Assembly: GCA_050084515.1 (NCBI GenBank)
Contig: CM114271.1
Span: 4,774,001-4,838,000, forward strand
Direction: 5' to 3'
Length of the DNA stretch: 64,000 bases
Source: Blasia pusilla
Taxonomy: Eukaryota
Under the pieces are notes generated by a model. The model was not told the DNA's origin. It saw only the letters and a list, made by a program, of their open reading frames with translations, and did no database searches. The position numbers and the translations under genes are program-made. Within the stretch, counting starts at the first letter, position 1. Every line of letters starts with the position of its first letter. Below are positions 13,601 to 26,689 of this stretch, one piece after another.

Positions 13601-15263
13601 AAAGATATACCAATATGCCTATGATGAAGAGAGATATATATGTATAAAAGAATTCAGAGTCTGTAAGTATAATACATGAATTGAAGTGGAAAACACTATT
13701 TAAGGGAAGAGAAAATTCAATTTGCATGAATTTATTGCATCCAAATCTGATGATGTTTAAGGTTGCATATGGACAAAGTCCGTGTCCGCGGACATATCCA
13801 TATCGTGGACTGACCTCTGTCCTATGGAAGAACTTGTCCATTTGAGCCCCACCTTCCCCTCCTTTCTCACCCCTTCTACTTGCCTCCATCTTCTGTAGAG
13901 AATCATGAAGATGATCAACCTCCACATATATTTTGTTGCAGAATTCACTTTCTATGATGATGCGTGCGAGAGCGTCGTATCTTGTCAACTATACTTCTTT
14001 AACAAATTTCTATACTATACCATAAAAAATAGTATAATATTTAATTGAAAGACTTATGATGCCTAAACCCTAAATAATCCCTTATATTGATATTTCTTCA
14101 TAAATCTAATCAATTGACATATATTCCATACTAAGTTGAAGCTTATGTTAAATCTTATTGCATAAATTTTGTCTCCACTTTAGAAAGGAGTGAGGGAATA
14201 ACGATAGCCTTAAAAAATATGCCAAAGTGGATCTATGACCTTTTACAAGATTGGAGCATAAATTTTTAAACACCATCATAGAAATTGAATAATTCCATAA
14301 GACCATATTTTCATATATTTCTATATTTTTTAGTATTATAAGTAAATCCCACTATAATTTACATGTAACAAAAAATTAAGCATAACATCACTAAGAGTTT
14401 CAGAAAGCCCAATATGCAATATCGATGTTAATATTAAATATAAATAAATACGTTATGTATTTATGAGAGAAAAAAATGTATGATCTTATAAGTTATATCA
14501 TGAGTTTATAAATCGAAACCAAAGTAAGGTTGTGATATCATGATAAAAGTACTTGAAAGAGGATATGCTATCTCAAAAAATATTTATCGATACTTTGAAT
14601 ATGATTCTATTTGTTTAACAATTGATATTACTATACAAAACTTGCAAGCTATCAATAAGGTCCATGAAATCGAAGAAAAATTCATCAAATCATACAAATG
14701 ACAAGCACTTCATGCTAGTTTTAAGAAAATAAAAGTGAATATTTTCGTAATTCATTTTTATGTTTCCATTTTTTCCAAAGAATGGTTGATATTTGAAATA
14801 CTTGTGAGATTTAATATCAATGAAATACATTTATGATAAATTTATAAAAACTCTTATATGATCAAATTATACATTGTAGATGTAAAAAAAATACAATGAC
14901 CATATGCTTGTAATATTCTTGCAAGTGATTGTAGAGCACAGTATAATTTCCCTCCAAAATATGATCATAGTGTGTAAGAAATATTATTTTTAATCATTTA
15001 AGAAACTTTTTTACTACTTTTGATTCGATAGCAAATTTTCAGATTCTTATCTTGTAAAATTGAATCTCATTAAAAAAATTTGAAGTTTGAAAGAAAATCC
15101 TTGCACAATAACCTATAGAATAGGATTTATTTGAATTTTTCTTCTATTACAAGTATTAAAATTATTCAAAAGAGGATAAGGTCCAAAGCAGCATAGAAGA
15201 ATGTAGAAAAACCATTGAAAATAGGAAAGGTTCGCAAGAAAGATTTAAGAATGCGATGCAATG

Positions 15264-15338
15264 ACATCAAAATTCCGTGGACCATATTAAACTTCTGAAC
15301 ATCAAAATTCCGTGGACCATATTAGAAACTTCTGAACT
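15264..15338. repeat. Short tandem duplication (~35 bp, 2 copies)
   Basis: ACATCAAAATTCCGTGGACCATATTA(GA)AACTTCTGAAC occurs twice. Confidence 0.85.
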
Positions 15339-17199
15339 ATAAAAAAATACGTTTGCTTAAATACAAATATTCAAACAAGGGAAATAGTAAAAGAAGAAGG
15401 TAGCTTAAACAATGTAACCCCAATAACATGCCCTAAATGATATACTAACATCTTTTCAAATTATGAATATTATATGAGTAAAAGAGATTTGTATCATTCA
15501 TTCTTCTTGTCATAAGGAATAGATCCATCTTTTGTTACTTGAATACAAGCTAAAGATCATTCTTATGAGAAGTAATTTTAGTTGTTAAAAATTAGTTTTC
15601 TATAATTAAAAATAATTATCCTTTTATTTAATACTAATTTCATGGCCTTTAAGTAAAACATCATTTCTTTAAAAATATAAAATTTTAAAAAAGATATTAC
15701 CAAAAGAGTTGAAAGATATTTTAAGTATATGCATATGATATTACTAGCTAGAGTATAAGTCCTAGGAGAAACATATGGATGTGTGCACATATGAAAAGTT
15801 TTGTACATAGAAAAAATTAAGTCATATGTTTGTGCATTGTAGACCATTTTATTTCAAATATGAAAGTTGGTCAAACTAACTAATAAAATTTTAAATAATA
15901 GCAAAAAAGTAATATTTTATAAAAATAATAAGAAAATGCAAGGTGAAAAGAAGGATTTTTGGGGGGAATTCTCCCAAAATTGAATATGAAAAAATAGAAA
16001 TGATAAGTAGAATTCTTGCAAAAATCCATCATGTTATATTTAAATAAATTATAAAATTTTGACAGGTATAAAAAAATGTATCAATCACAATAAATATACG
16101 ACAATAGAATTATTTTCAAGGAGTGCATACTTCTATGAGAATTTTGCATTGGCATCCACCTAATATATAGAGAAAAACAAAACATATACCTTAATTAAAT
16201 AGTCTTTACATTGTCTTATAATTTTTTCAAACCAATGTGTAGAGAAGAGGAGAAAATTCATGTAAATAATCTCATTTTATTAATGCATGTTGTCATAATA
16301 TAAAAGAGTTTTCTTCATTTCTTTCTTTCTTTGTCTACATGCCTCTCTCACATATATATCGTTTGAGTTGTCTCATTCTCGTTGGATACATTATTTTTTG
16401 TATAATGTAAATTATTCCAATGAGCGAGTAGGTATCTCTTTATATTCATGCATGTTTCTTGCACATGATATAATTTTGCTTGTGTGACCTTACAAGAAGC
16501 TATGAAATTCATCTTATCTCTCGAATGGCTTGGGTTCCAGAATTAAACTAGTTGTGTTTTTCCACCAAAAAAAGATGGCTCCATAGCCTCGAAATTTACG
16601 AAAGGGATTTTTCTACATCCGAGAAAGTCATAAACCATTCCGACATAGCTTGAAAGAAAATGAAAACAACCTTGTAAGGAAACAACCAAAGGGATGCATA
16701 TTTCCAACAACAAATGAATCAAACATCCCCAAAAGTGGAGATGGGCCCATTGTATCCTATTTTGGCCCACATAACACTCTCATCTATTGAGTTCAAAGAC
16801 ATTACAAGGAAACACTCACTCCATTGTATTCTCCTCCATCGTTTTGCTCAACCCATATATTTATATTACATTAGAGCTCTCCAATGGTTTACTATATGTT
16901 TTTACCCAGATCTTTTATTGTTTCTTCAACTTAAGCTTTGGTTTGAATTCCCCTTCGGTTTCTATCACGTAGATATATTCTACTACATATATTGTTTGTA
17001 ATTTTCTATGGTGAATGATAGCTTTATGCTTCATCCAGATTATCTTTGATTTCTTCCATATATCCGAAACCTTTTTCTAACTTTCTTTGCTTTTTAGTTG
17101 CAAAGTACCATTGTCAATAAAGTTTTGAAATTTTGTGTTTTGGTATTATATCTTTTTGGCATGAGAGAATTAGACGTTAATAAAAGATTGTATTTACGA

Positions 17200-18710
17200 A
17201 ACGACGCACTAAAGGTGCACTAAAAGAGGTCACTTAGCTATCGCATCAGTCGTTCATGTAAGTTACAATAGTAGAGCAGACGTCGTACTACTGTACTGTG
17301 CGTGGTACGACGGAGAGCCACGGAATTCTACCGCCATCTATTGACTTACCTGACCATAGTTAAGAGTCGCCTTTGACGCATCGCCACCGTCCAGCACCCC
17401 TCGCATCGGCGGAGATCATCGTTCGACGGTAGCGCCGGCGAAAGGGCCCCGTCACCTGTCACCGTTGGATTGGAGCTATCGACGGCGACGGGTGCGAGGG
17501 AGGGAACCCCATCGCGCCCAGACGTTGGATGCGGAAAATCGACGGCGGTACTTGCGGAGCGCTGCTAGCACCGTAGGTCGCTATTGACCACGGAGACCTC
17601 GTGAACCGGAAGGAAGTCGCAACGGACGGGGTGGGCGAAAGAGACAAAAGTATTATTCCGTCCGTTTCCTGTCAGCCAGTCCGGCCACGCACGGAAGTCG
17701 CGCCGGTGCGTCGACGCGACTCCACGGCCCGGCGCGCCGCCGTCCGGCCCGGGCGTCGTCGCGCTTTTCTCCACCTATCGAGTAGAGCCTGGGCCGCGCG
17801 CCATCCTGCGACGAGCGCCGTCGTTCCGTTCGTGAGCGCGACGCCATCCCTTCCTCCGCGGGCGTCAGTGCCACCGAAGGAAGGAGGAGCCGGCCTTACC
17901 TGGCCGAGTGACTGAGCCCGACGGACCGACGGATCGTCCCTGGAGCTGTTGTCTATTGGCGCTGTCCTCCTGTCCTCCCACTCACTCACTCCCTCTCTCT
18001 CTCTCTCCCTCCCTCTCTCTCTCTCTGTCGCTCTGTCTGTGTGTCTGTGTGTGCGCCTGTCTCTCTTTTGTCTGGTCTCGCCGCCTGCCTCATGCGCTGC
18101 TGTGGGTCTCGTCATCTTGACTGCAGTGCCGTGCGATTCGTGGCTTGCGAAATGGTTTTGAATGCGGGGAGAAATCTGAGGAAAGGTCGAGCGATGGTCG
18201 ATGCGCTGCGCTGAGATCGGGCGAGGATGCGTTGCCATTGACAGGGAGCTGTTTGTCACGTCGTAGGCGTTGAGGGTAGGAGGTGAGGAGGTCGGTGTGT
18301 GGACCGACGGTCATGAGTGTTGGTGGCGTCGTCGACGCCGGAGGTGCGGAGACGGAGGGAGAAGTAGAAGAAGAGCGACGCGCGAAAGAGGTCAAGAAGT
18401 TCTTGTGATCGCAGTGCTACGAGGACGGGAGCGGGAGGAGGAATTGGCCGCGAGGGCCATCGCGTTTGCCGCTGTCGGGGATGGATCGGAGATCAAGATT
18501 GAGAGGGAGAGGGTGAGGGTTGACGATTGGGGTTTTGAGTGCTGGAGGATCGGGGTGGAGAGGGAGTTGAAGCATGGACGAGTTCGTGTGGAGTGAGTGA
18601 GGGGGAGATAGACGAAGACGAAGAAGAAGGAGAAGAAGGAGAAGAAGAAGAAGAAGAAGAAGAAGAAGAAGAGAAGCTGGAAACGCGAGCATAGGCAGAG
18701 CTGCGGTGGG
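17200..18710 (+). promoter_or_regulatory. GC/CpG-rich promoter and long 5' leader of the OBERON-like gene, with (CT)n and (GAA)n tracts
   Basis: Abrupt shift from AT-rich to CpG-rich sequence at ~17200. Pyrimidine (CT)n patch at ~17990-18035; (GAA)n at ~18613-18675 just before the ATG. The transcription start cannot be determined. Confidence 0.6.
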
Positions 18711-21162
18711 ATGGGGAAGGAGAGCGGTGTGGAGGCGGTGAAGAGCGAGATGGAGGACGGAGAGGTGGAGGCTATGGCTGATGATGAGAACGTGTCGAAG
18801 ATCGACAAAGGGGGAAAGGTGGATGCAATTTTAGAGGATGAGAGCGGGAGAGAAGGGGTGGGAGAGTCCGGGAAAGAGAGACCCAAGGATGGAGGGAGGG
18901 AGAAAGAAGGGGAGAATCGAGCGGATCAGGAGGTTTCCAGAGGGACTCCGTGGAGCAAGGTTGAGAAGAAAGAGAGCAGAGAGGTGCAGGAGAACATAGC
19001 CCGGGACGGAAAGGAGAATGGAAACGCCAATGAAAGTGAGGAGGAGGAAGGCGCTACCGAAGCCGAAGCAGGGCAGGATGGAGATGAAGAAGAAGCGCAG
19101 AACAGCGAGACGGAGGATGATGGGGATGAAGAGGCCGAGACGCCGGCCAGAATTGAAGAAGACGAAGAGAAGTCCCGCGAAGAAGAGGAAGAGAGAAAGG
19201 ATGCAGAGAAGGACTTGGCTTTGACGATGTCGAGCCCCTGGGCTCCCATGGGGGAGATGGATAGGGATAGAGACGGTGCCGTCCGATCTTCTCTGAAAGT
19301 CGGAAGCAAGAGTGGGAGGGACGAGATGGATATCGAAATTGGAAGCTACAGGGAGGTGCAGAGCGAGGGGTTTAAAGAGAGAGGCCGAACAAGAGAAGAA
19401 GATGGCGAACACAGTAAGGAGAAATCCCGCCAGAAGAAGCAGAGACTCGAGCCTCCTCTCCTCTCTTTGTCTCTCCCAGACACATCCCTTCACCTCGCCT
19501 CCGACCCTGGCCAGAAGGTGAAATCGAAATCCTCAAATCCTGTTCCGACGTCTTCCGACAATGAGAGAAGCTTCAGGTCCATGGCCCAGACTCAGAGCCA
19601 GTCGAATGGTTACACCAACTCGCTGTCGCTTTCTCTCTGCCACCCCTTTTTCCACAATCCCAGTTGCTCTCTGACGCAGAATTCCCTCGATGATAAGGAG
19701 GGTACGACTTGCTCGAGCAGGCAAGTCGCTTCGAAACACGAAGGGACACAAGGATCGCATGACAGTTGCCAGGTTTCCTACAGCCGTGATCAAGCCCTCC
19801 ATGGAAACCATTTGTCGTCCGAGGGTTCGCGCGATAGGAGCAAAAATCGCCGCGAACCTCCTCTGTATCAGAGACTCCTGCAGAATGGGAGCCCGCAGTT
19901 TCTTCAAGGGTCTGTAAATAATGAAGGAACGAGAGATAGTCAGCGGTCATTCATGGACGAAAGAGTCTACGAGGGGTCTCAGGGAGGGCTCAACCGGGCT
20001 CAAAGTAGTGATCAGTATCGATGGAAAGATGATGCGGGCCCTGGGAACGCCATGGAGCGAAGCCGAACTTCTCATGACAGAAATTGGAGCATTCACAAAG
20101 ACAAATGTGAGAGGCATGTTCAGGAGGGCTGGTCTCCCCCCACAAGAAGTGCAAGTTTCCAGGAGAGAAACAAGCTTCTGGACCGAGAAAGAAGACTGAC
20201 TGATCCAGATGGTGGACGAGACCTCAGCCTCTCAGGCAGCAGGGGGTTTCTGGACAGAGATGAGGAATCGACTGGACCCGAGAAGAGCGCAGGCGGAATC
20301 GAAGAAGATTCTACCGTGGCGAAAAATTCACGCAAAGTTGAGCGAATTTGGCTCCACGAAATCGTGTCGGAACCGATCGTTGCGATGGCGCAAAAGCTAC
20401 AAAGAGTTCCCGATGCGTTCCTGGAGAGCTTGAGACGATGCCTTCAAGACATGATCGCGAGCAGTAAGAAGAGAGAAGATTTTGTCAATCTCCGGAGAAC
20501 TCTCCAAAGACGAAAGGATCTGTCGACAGAAACGCTCTTCCAGTCTCATCGGACACAACTGGAGATAATGGTTGCTCTGAAGACGGGAATACCAGCGTTC
20601 CTGCACCCTGAAGTTCCCCTCACAACAGGCGAGATGGCAGAAATCATTCTTGGAACGAAGTGTCGGAACGTAGCATGCAAGAACCAACTTCCCGCTGATG
20701 ACTGCGAGTGCAAGGTTTGCTCACAGATGAGCGGGTTCTGCAACGCCTGTATGTGTGTTGTGTGCTACAAGTTTGACTTCGATTCTAACACCTGCCGTTG
20801 GATTGGGTGTGATTACTGCCTTCATTGGTGCCACTCTGATTGTGGTATCCAAATGGGTTACATCTCATCTGGTATCAGCTCCCAGGGCAGCAGTGAGAAT
20901 GCTGTGATGCTGTTCCGATGCATTGGATGTGGGCATACATCAGAGCTTTATGGCTTTGTGAAGGACGTCTTTATTTCATGTGCGAAAGAGTGGAATGAGG
21001 AGACGTTTTCAGCAGAGCTTGAATGTGTGAGACGGATTTTCCACAGGAGTGATGATTTATTGGGAAAGCAGCTCTTTGGGAGAGCAGAGCAATTGCTCGT
21101 AAAGCTCAAAAGCTCTGGGGATCTTGAGGGGGTCTGCAACAGTATGCTGAAGTTTCTGGACG
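18711..21162 (+). CDS. OBE4: OBERON3/4 (TITANIA)-like PHD-finger protein, exon 1
   Basis: Acidic N-terminus, LSLSLPD and FFHNPSCSLTQNS motifs, and an Oberon-type PHD region (KCRNVACKNQLPADDCECKVC...FCNACMCVVCYKFD...CRWIGCDYCLHWCHSDC...FRCIGCGHTSELYGFVKDVF). Donor G|GTAATT at 21162/21163. OBE3 versus OBE4 orthology is unresolved. Confidence 0.92.
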
Positions 21163-21810
21163 GTAATTTCTAGTAGCCTTCTTCGGCCTGTCCCGTTTTT
21201 GCCGCTTCTTGCTCTTGCACGTCTACTTTCTGCTAACGTCTTTCATTCCTCTTTTCTTGCACCAACCCTTGAGTGCTCTGGAATGCGGATGATCCCTACA
21301 CTACCCGGTTGCGAGCACTGATAACCTGCTCGGATGCTGCCCATTTGCTGTTTTTCCATGTTGAAACTCATGACAAAAGTCCCTTAGCCTTTCAAGCAGT
21401 TTTTCTCATTGTCACCTTGTTTCCATGTATTTGGCCATCTCTCTGAGTATGAATGGAAGAAATTGAATCAAAAAGTGGTGCGTGTGCAGTTTACAAACAC
21501 AGTATTGTTAATATTCAGTTTCATCTGCCACCAAATGGTAGTCATCGGCCATGTATCTAAATGTTAGAGATGTTAGCTAGAGAAGGTTCGTGTGCCCGAC
21601 AAATGATAGAGTACAAAAGGAGTTTTTCCTTGCTTGATCAGAAGCCTTACTATCTGAACTCAGAAACTATTCTAGTGTATTTCTCAAAGTCTGTACTGTG
21701 GTACCAAAGCTCATTTTTTTTCAAGGTCTGGAAATTTGGCTTCTGTGTGTTTTAGAGGCATACTGAATTGCAAAGCGAACCTGAAATCTGACTTCGTTCA
21801 CTGTGTGCAG

Positions 21811-22388
21811 AGCATGAGACGCCAAAGTCAGCTCCGAGACCGGGTGCAGGGGCTGAAGCTGTGGTGGTACAGCCTCGAGATAGGGAAATGACGAGTAGAC
21901 TTGCAGATGCTGTCAGAGAAGCCATCCATGTTATGAAAAGCCCCAATAACGAGGGAACTGACTTGGAGAAGGCACGAGCTGCTCTCCAGTTTTTGGATCA
22001 CGAAGTGGAGGAGAAGAGAGCTGAGGCCTCTGAGCTGCATTATGAGCGAAGTATGCAGAAGTCGCAGATAGATGAACTTGAGAGCATAGTGCAGATCAAA
22101 CAAGCTGAGGCTAAAATGTTTCAAATGCGAGCAGATGAGGTTCGTCGTGAGGCTGAGGGATTGCAGCGGATTGTTCAGGCTAAAAATGAAAAGATTGAAG
22201 AGGAGTACAAAGCCAAGCTCCTCAAACTACAACTCACTGAAGTTGAGGAGAGGAGGCGAAAGTGGTATGAAGAAGTACAAGTCATGGAGAAAGCACAGCG
22301 AGAATACAGTGCCATGAAGATGAGCATGGTCAGTGACATCCGTGAGCTTCTGAAAAAGATGGAGGCTAACAAAGCCCAGATCTCTTAG
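21811..22388 (+). CDS. OBE4: OBERON3/4-like protein, exon 2 (coiled coil)
   Basis: Acceptor TGTGCAG|AG at 21810/21811 is in frame with exon 1. Oberon coiled coil IDELESIVQIKQAEAKMFQMRADEVRREAEGLQRIVQAKNEKIEEEY. The spliced CDS is 3030 nt (1009 aa). Confidence 0.92.
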
Positions 22389-24404
22389 TGGATCAATATT
22401 ATTCGGTGGAGTTGTATAGATTTCTTCTCCACCGCAATTTAGTTTCTCTTCAGTGCTGTGTTGGGAAATGCATCTGGGCCTTCACCAAGGCACTTCTTCC
22501 ATCACAACTTACAGCTGCGTGCACTGATGGCTTGATTGGTCTTGCAGTTGCTGCTCTTGGACAAGCACCCGATTGTGCAATAACTGGTTGCAATTTGTTT
22601 CATCCTCTGCCACAGGGTGGAAAGGTTGACAGTGTGACCAAATGTTTTTTGCTACTAATAACGAAGGCCAGTATGCCACACTAGATTAGTCCCAGCTCTC
22701 TCATAGCATACACTCACGGGACCATCCTTTTTCTCAGGTGGGGATTGGGGAAAGTCGTCAAAGACCTATACTCGGACACATTCAAATAGGGAGCGAGAGC
22801 AGTTGCTCCAACTCTCCTCTCTTGGAACCCACTCGGGGTCTCCGATTCTACATCGTCTTGTAGTGTCGACAGCTACCTTTCAGTACTCACGATACCATGA
22901 CATTATAATTCTGGTGGCCTAGAAATCCCAGTGGTTGAGTAACCCCCATGTGGCGGGATTAGAGAAACTATCCAACATGGCTGATTTAAATGAAGGTAAG
23001 GGGAAGTATATTTAACGTCCTCATGTATATTTAACGTCCTTTCGATGGCTAACGAACGAAACTCGGCCTGACCATGGCAGGCCAGACCTTCAGCTCAGCT
23101 CAGCTCCGTCCTCCTATCCAGTACAGTCGAGCTTCGGCACCCAGTTCCCTCTGCTACCTGGGAATCAGTCTTGGATCATGTTTGTTGTGCACCTAACCTA
23201 GCTAGGAATTCAGCTCTCCATTAAGGCACCTTTCCTACATCGTGCCTGCCACACAACTCTCCCGAACACCACCATTGCGGCCGATAAGAGAACCACTGCA
23301 GCTTGCGCACCAACCCTACCACACCTACTGGCTTGGTCCACTCTGCCGCAGAGCTCTCATCAAATGTTTGACTATCAAAAACCGCAGCTCCCTTAATGTG
23401 CAGAATTATCAGTAGCGTATGCCGGACGATCTGCACGCCACAGGTTGCAAATTAGCCATCAATCCACAATTGACTGGAGCTACAATTTGGCTGCTCGGTC
23501 GCTCGGGCCGGGGTATGCAGTGGGTCAGATGTCAGAGCAGTAAAAGAAACTCACGCACCTTCAATGCAGAGACTAATTCTCGGTACTCACTTCCCCGGTC
23601 CCACCCGCCTCCTGTCGCTACAACAAATCAAGCAATCATGTTTTGGAACACGTTCTCGTGGAAGTCCGACCCGATTCACAAATCGGTAGCATCGTCACGC
23701 AACTCGAGGACAGTTTGCTCTAGATTGCAGGGCGACGGAAGTGGACTCATCAGCAATCGTCTTGATCGACCTCACGCACAATGTCCGGGGAGAACCGGGG
23801 TTACGTGTTGAGTTGGCCGGAAGAATTTGAGATTTTCCGATTCCGTACCTGTTTAGCCGGCGGCTGGAAGGACGAAATCTTCAAAAATTCCCGCTCGGTT
23901 TTGAGAGACCGGAAATGTACCCTAAACGAAAGAACTCCCCGGACGCAGCTTGAGGGCACGCTCGCTCTAGATTGCAGAGCACTCTAATAAAGAGCCCGTG
24001 AGTCAAAGACCGCTGAGCACCGTGCAATGCCTAGCTTCAGGATAGCAGTTGTACTGGATTGCACTGAAGAGAGCACTCTCCAATTCATACGATGGAGGCA
24101 CGAACGCAGCAGTCCGTCTCGTGCTCACCAGCACTCGACGTTACTGATTACTTCCTGATCTCTGCGTAGATGTCGTGATTGCGGATGATTTGGACACAGA
24201 CAGCGGCACTAGGTCTCGTCACTCCACACGACTAGAGCGCCAGTGCAGTCTGGATGGCGCCTGCTCGCAGACGCCGATAAGGTGCAGATGATTCACACGG
24301 GCCGGCCTCGTGAACGGCGAACAGGACATGATTTCATTCCACTCGCTCTGAAGCTTCAAACTCTGACATGTCTAACATGTTCTGCGCGTGCTCTCCTGAA
24401 GACG

Positions 24405-24930
24405 GGACTTCATCTCACTCGCTCATTGCAGACCGCGAAATTCTTGGTACATCCACTCATTGCGGATGCAAGTTCTGGTAAGTCTGGATCAACGGCGACC
24501 TCATCCCCTCATGTTGCACAAATGCTCGTACACTCACTCACTGCGGATGCAAACTCTTGTAAAACTGGACCGCTGACGATCTCATTCCCTCATTGCAGAT
24601 AGCGAGATTCTCGTGCCTTCACTCACGCCGGACGCAGATTCTTGTGAATCTGAATCGGTGAAAACCTCATTCCCTCACTGCAGATCGCGAAATTCTCGAA
24701 CATTCTCTCACTGCGGATGGCAAATTGTTGCAAATCTGGATCGGTGAGGATGTCACTCCCTCATTACAGATTGTGAAATTCTTCAACAGTCAGTCACTGC
24801 GGATGTCAAGTTTGTTGCAAATCTGGATGGGTGAGGATCTCACTGATTCCCTTATTGCAGATTACGAAATTCTTCTTTCTTCATTCACTCACAGCGGATG
24901 CCAAATTCTCGTAAATCTGGATGAGTGAGG
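24405..24930. repeat. Tandem array of ~6 units of 81-95 bp (mostly ~85), each made of two related halves
   Basis: GCGGATG-like anchors at 24462, 24543, 24628, 24713, 24799 and 24894, alternating with CTCATTGCAGA...AAATTCT. Confidence 0.85.
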
Positions 24931-25829
24931 ACGTGCACCACCGACACCACCACAGCACTAGGTCTCCTGACGCGACATGCGGCCGATCACTCCCTCACTC
25001 CGGAGTTGCCCGGAGATGAAATCCCATCGCTTAGACTCCAACGAAAACTCCTTCGCGCTCTCGCTTTCGCGCGCTCACTCTGAACTGCGCACTTCTCGGA
25101 ATGAACTTCCATCAATTAGACACGAACAGCTACTTTTTCGGTTTCGCGAACAACGAAACGAGAGCGCACTCAGAAATCTCGACTGCTGCGCACATCTCGA
25201 AATGATGAACTTCCATTATCTCGACACGAAAGCACAAACGTTCGATCTCGAGATGGGTTTCCTCCCGTCACAAGAACTCCTACTCTTTTATTTCAGTGTT
25301 GTTTCTTTTCATAGAAAATCTGGAGGATATGCCATGACTTCACCCAAATTTTGAGGAACTTTGATTTTCTTTCCATATTGTGATTCCTTCGTTTATGCTT
25401 CATGGCCTTCATTGATGTTATTTGGACCTTTACGCTTTTTTTTAGTTTCCATTTTTTTCTCTTTATCTTCTCTCTTACGGAAAAACCTCCCGAATTCACC
25501 TTTAATCCCTCGACATGAGTCCTAAGTGCCTAACACTCAACCTTAACCATGGTGGAACCGGATAACCCTTTCCTATTTGATTGTTGTACTTGATTTTGGC
25601 CACTGGTAATTTGGGATCAATTTTGGGATAATCAAGGTAACTACTACTACTTTGACGGGGTGTGTGTGTGCGCGCGCGTATCGACCCGCGGATTGTGTGA
25701 CGATGCGTATGTGCACGACAAGTAAGTAGATATTGAAGTAGGATCATATGAAAAACTGATTCTAATATTTGCCATTTGTCCTTTACTCTCTCTCTCTATC
25801 TATCTCTCTCTCTCTTGAATTTGAGTTTC

Positions 25830-26679
25830 GATCATACTATTAGAAAGATATCACTCATGGAATGGCTCTCCATGTCATATGGAATTGACTAGGTCTATGA
25901 CTTGATGAGTTATTAGATATGTGGAATTGAAAATCTTAGATATACTATTGATTGTCGTATTAAAAATCCACAAAATAATCCAATCTGCATTCCATATGCA
26001 AATTATGCCCTAAACTATCATTCATCCCAACCTACCTAGTAATTATGAGTCAACTATTATGACTCGTATCAACCCACATAGTGATTATTAGCCAACAATT
26101 ATAACTCATACCTTCCCACGCAGTAATTGTGAGTCAAATACTAGGATTCGTACCAACCCACACATTAATTCTGAGACAAATATTATGATTGAATCCAACC
26201 TACCTAGTAATTGTGTGAAATCATTTAAGGACTCGTTGGAAGCATTATCTCTACTTGTACAGTCATAAAAATGACTATTTATGCCGAGTCAAAAATTGAA
26301 CCAGTAATCTACGAACACAAGGCAATATTTGTGTTATCGTATGGTGTCCATGTCATTATGACACATTCAATGGACATGTAACATTTGTCATGTATGACTA
26401 AGTCATATGACTTAGTCTGATTTTCTCATATTTTAAATTATACCTTGCTATACGATGTCTATGTGTCAATATCTAGTCATTGTTGAGATTCAATTATATA
26501 TATGACTCAGTAATTGAGAACTTAAGTAAAATATCAAGATGCTTATCCTTATCCATAAACTATATATGACTTGGTTTATATGACTCTATTGGTAATGTGT
26601 CAAAACCAATCATTTCATCGAAAATATTACTCGATCTAGTCATATACGAAAGTCATAAAATACATGATTTCTTCTAGTG
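25830..26679 (+). mobile_element. Truncated CACTA element end
   Basis: Terminal TTTCTTCTAGTG (26668-26679) is the reverse complement of CACTAGAAGAAA. ATGAC/GTCAT-rich subterminal repeats and a ~40 bp array at ~26025-26215. Inverted similarity to 28459-29450. Confidence 0.75.
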
Positions 26680-26689
26680 GGTAGTAGTG

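Noticed and set aside
14000-17150. Possible hAT transposase remnant in the AT-rich block
   Set aside because: Only a faint CNILASD-like motif near 14905; no ORF or terminal repeats that I can support.
17459-18596. Overlapping 60-195 aa ORFs in the GC-rich promoter
   Set aside because: Expected by chance at high GC; low complexity and no domain signal.
18392-19950. Long antisense ORFs over the OBERON gene
   Set aside because: Shadows of a purine-rich, low-complexity coding strand; no motifs.
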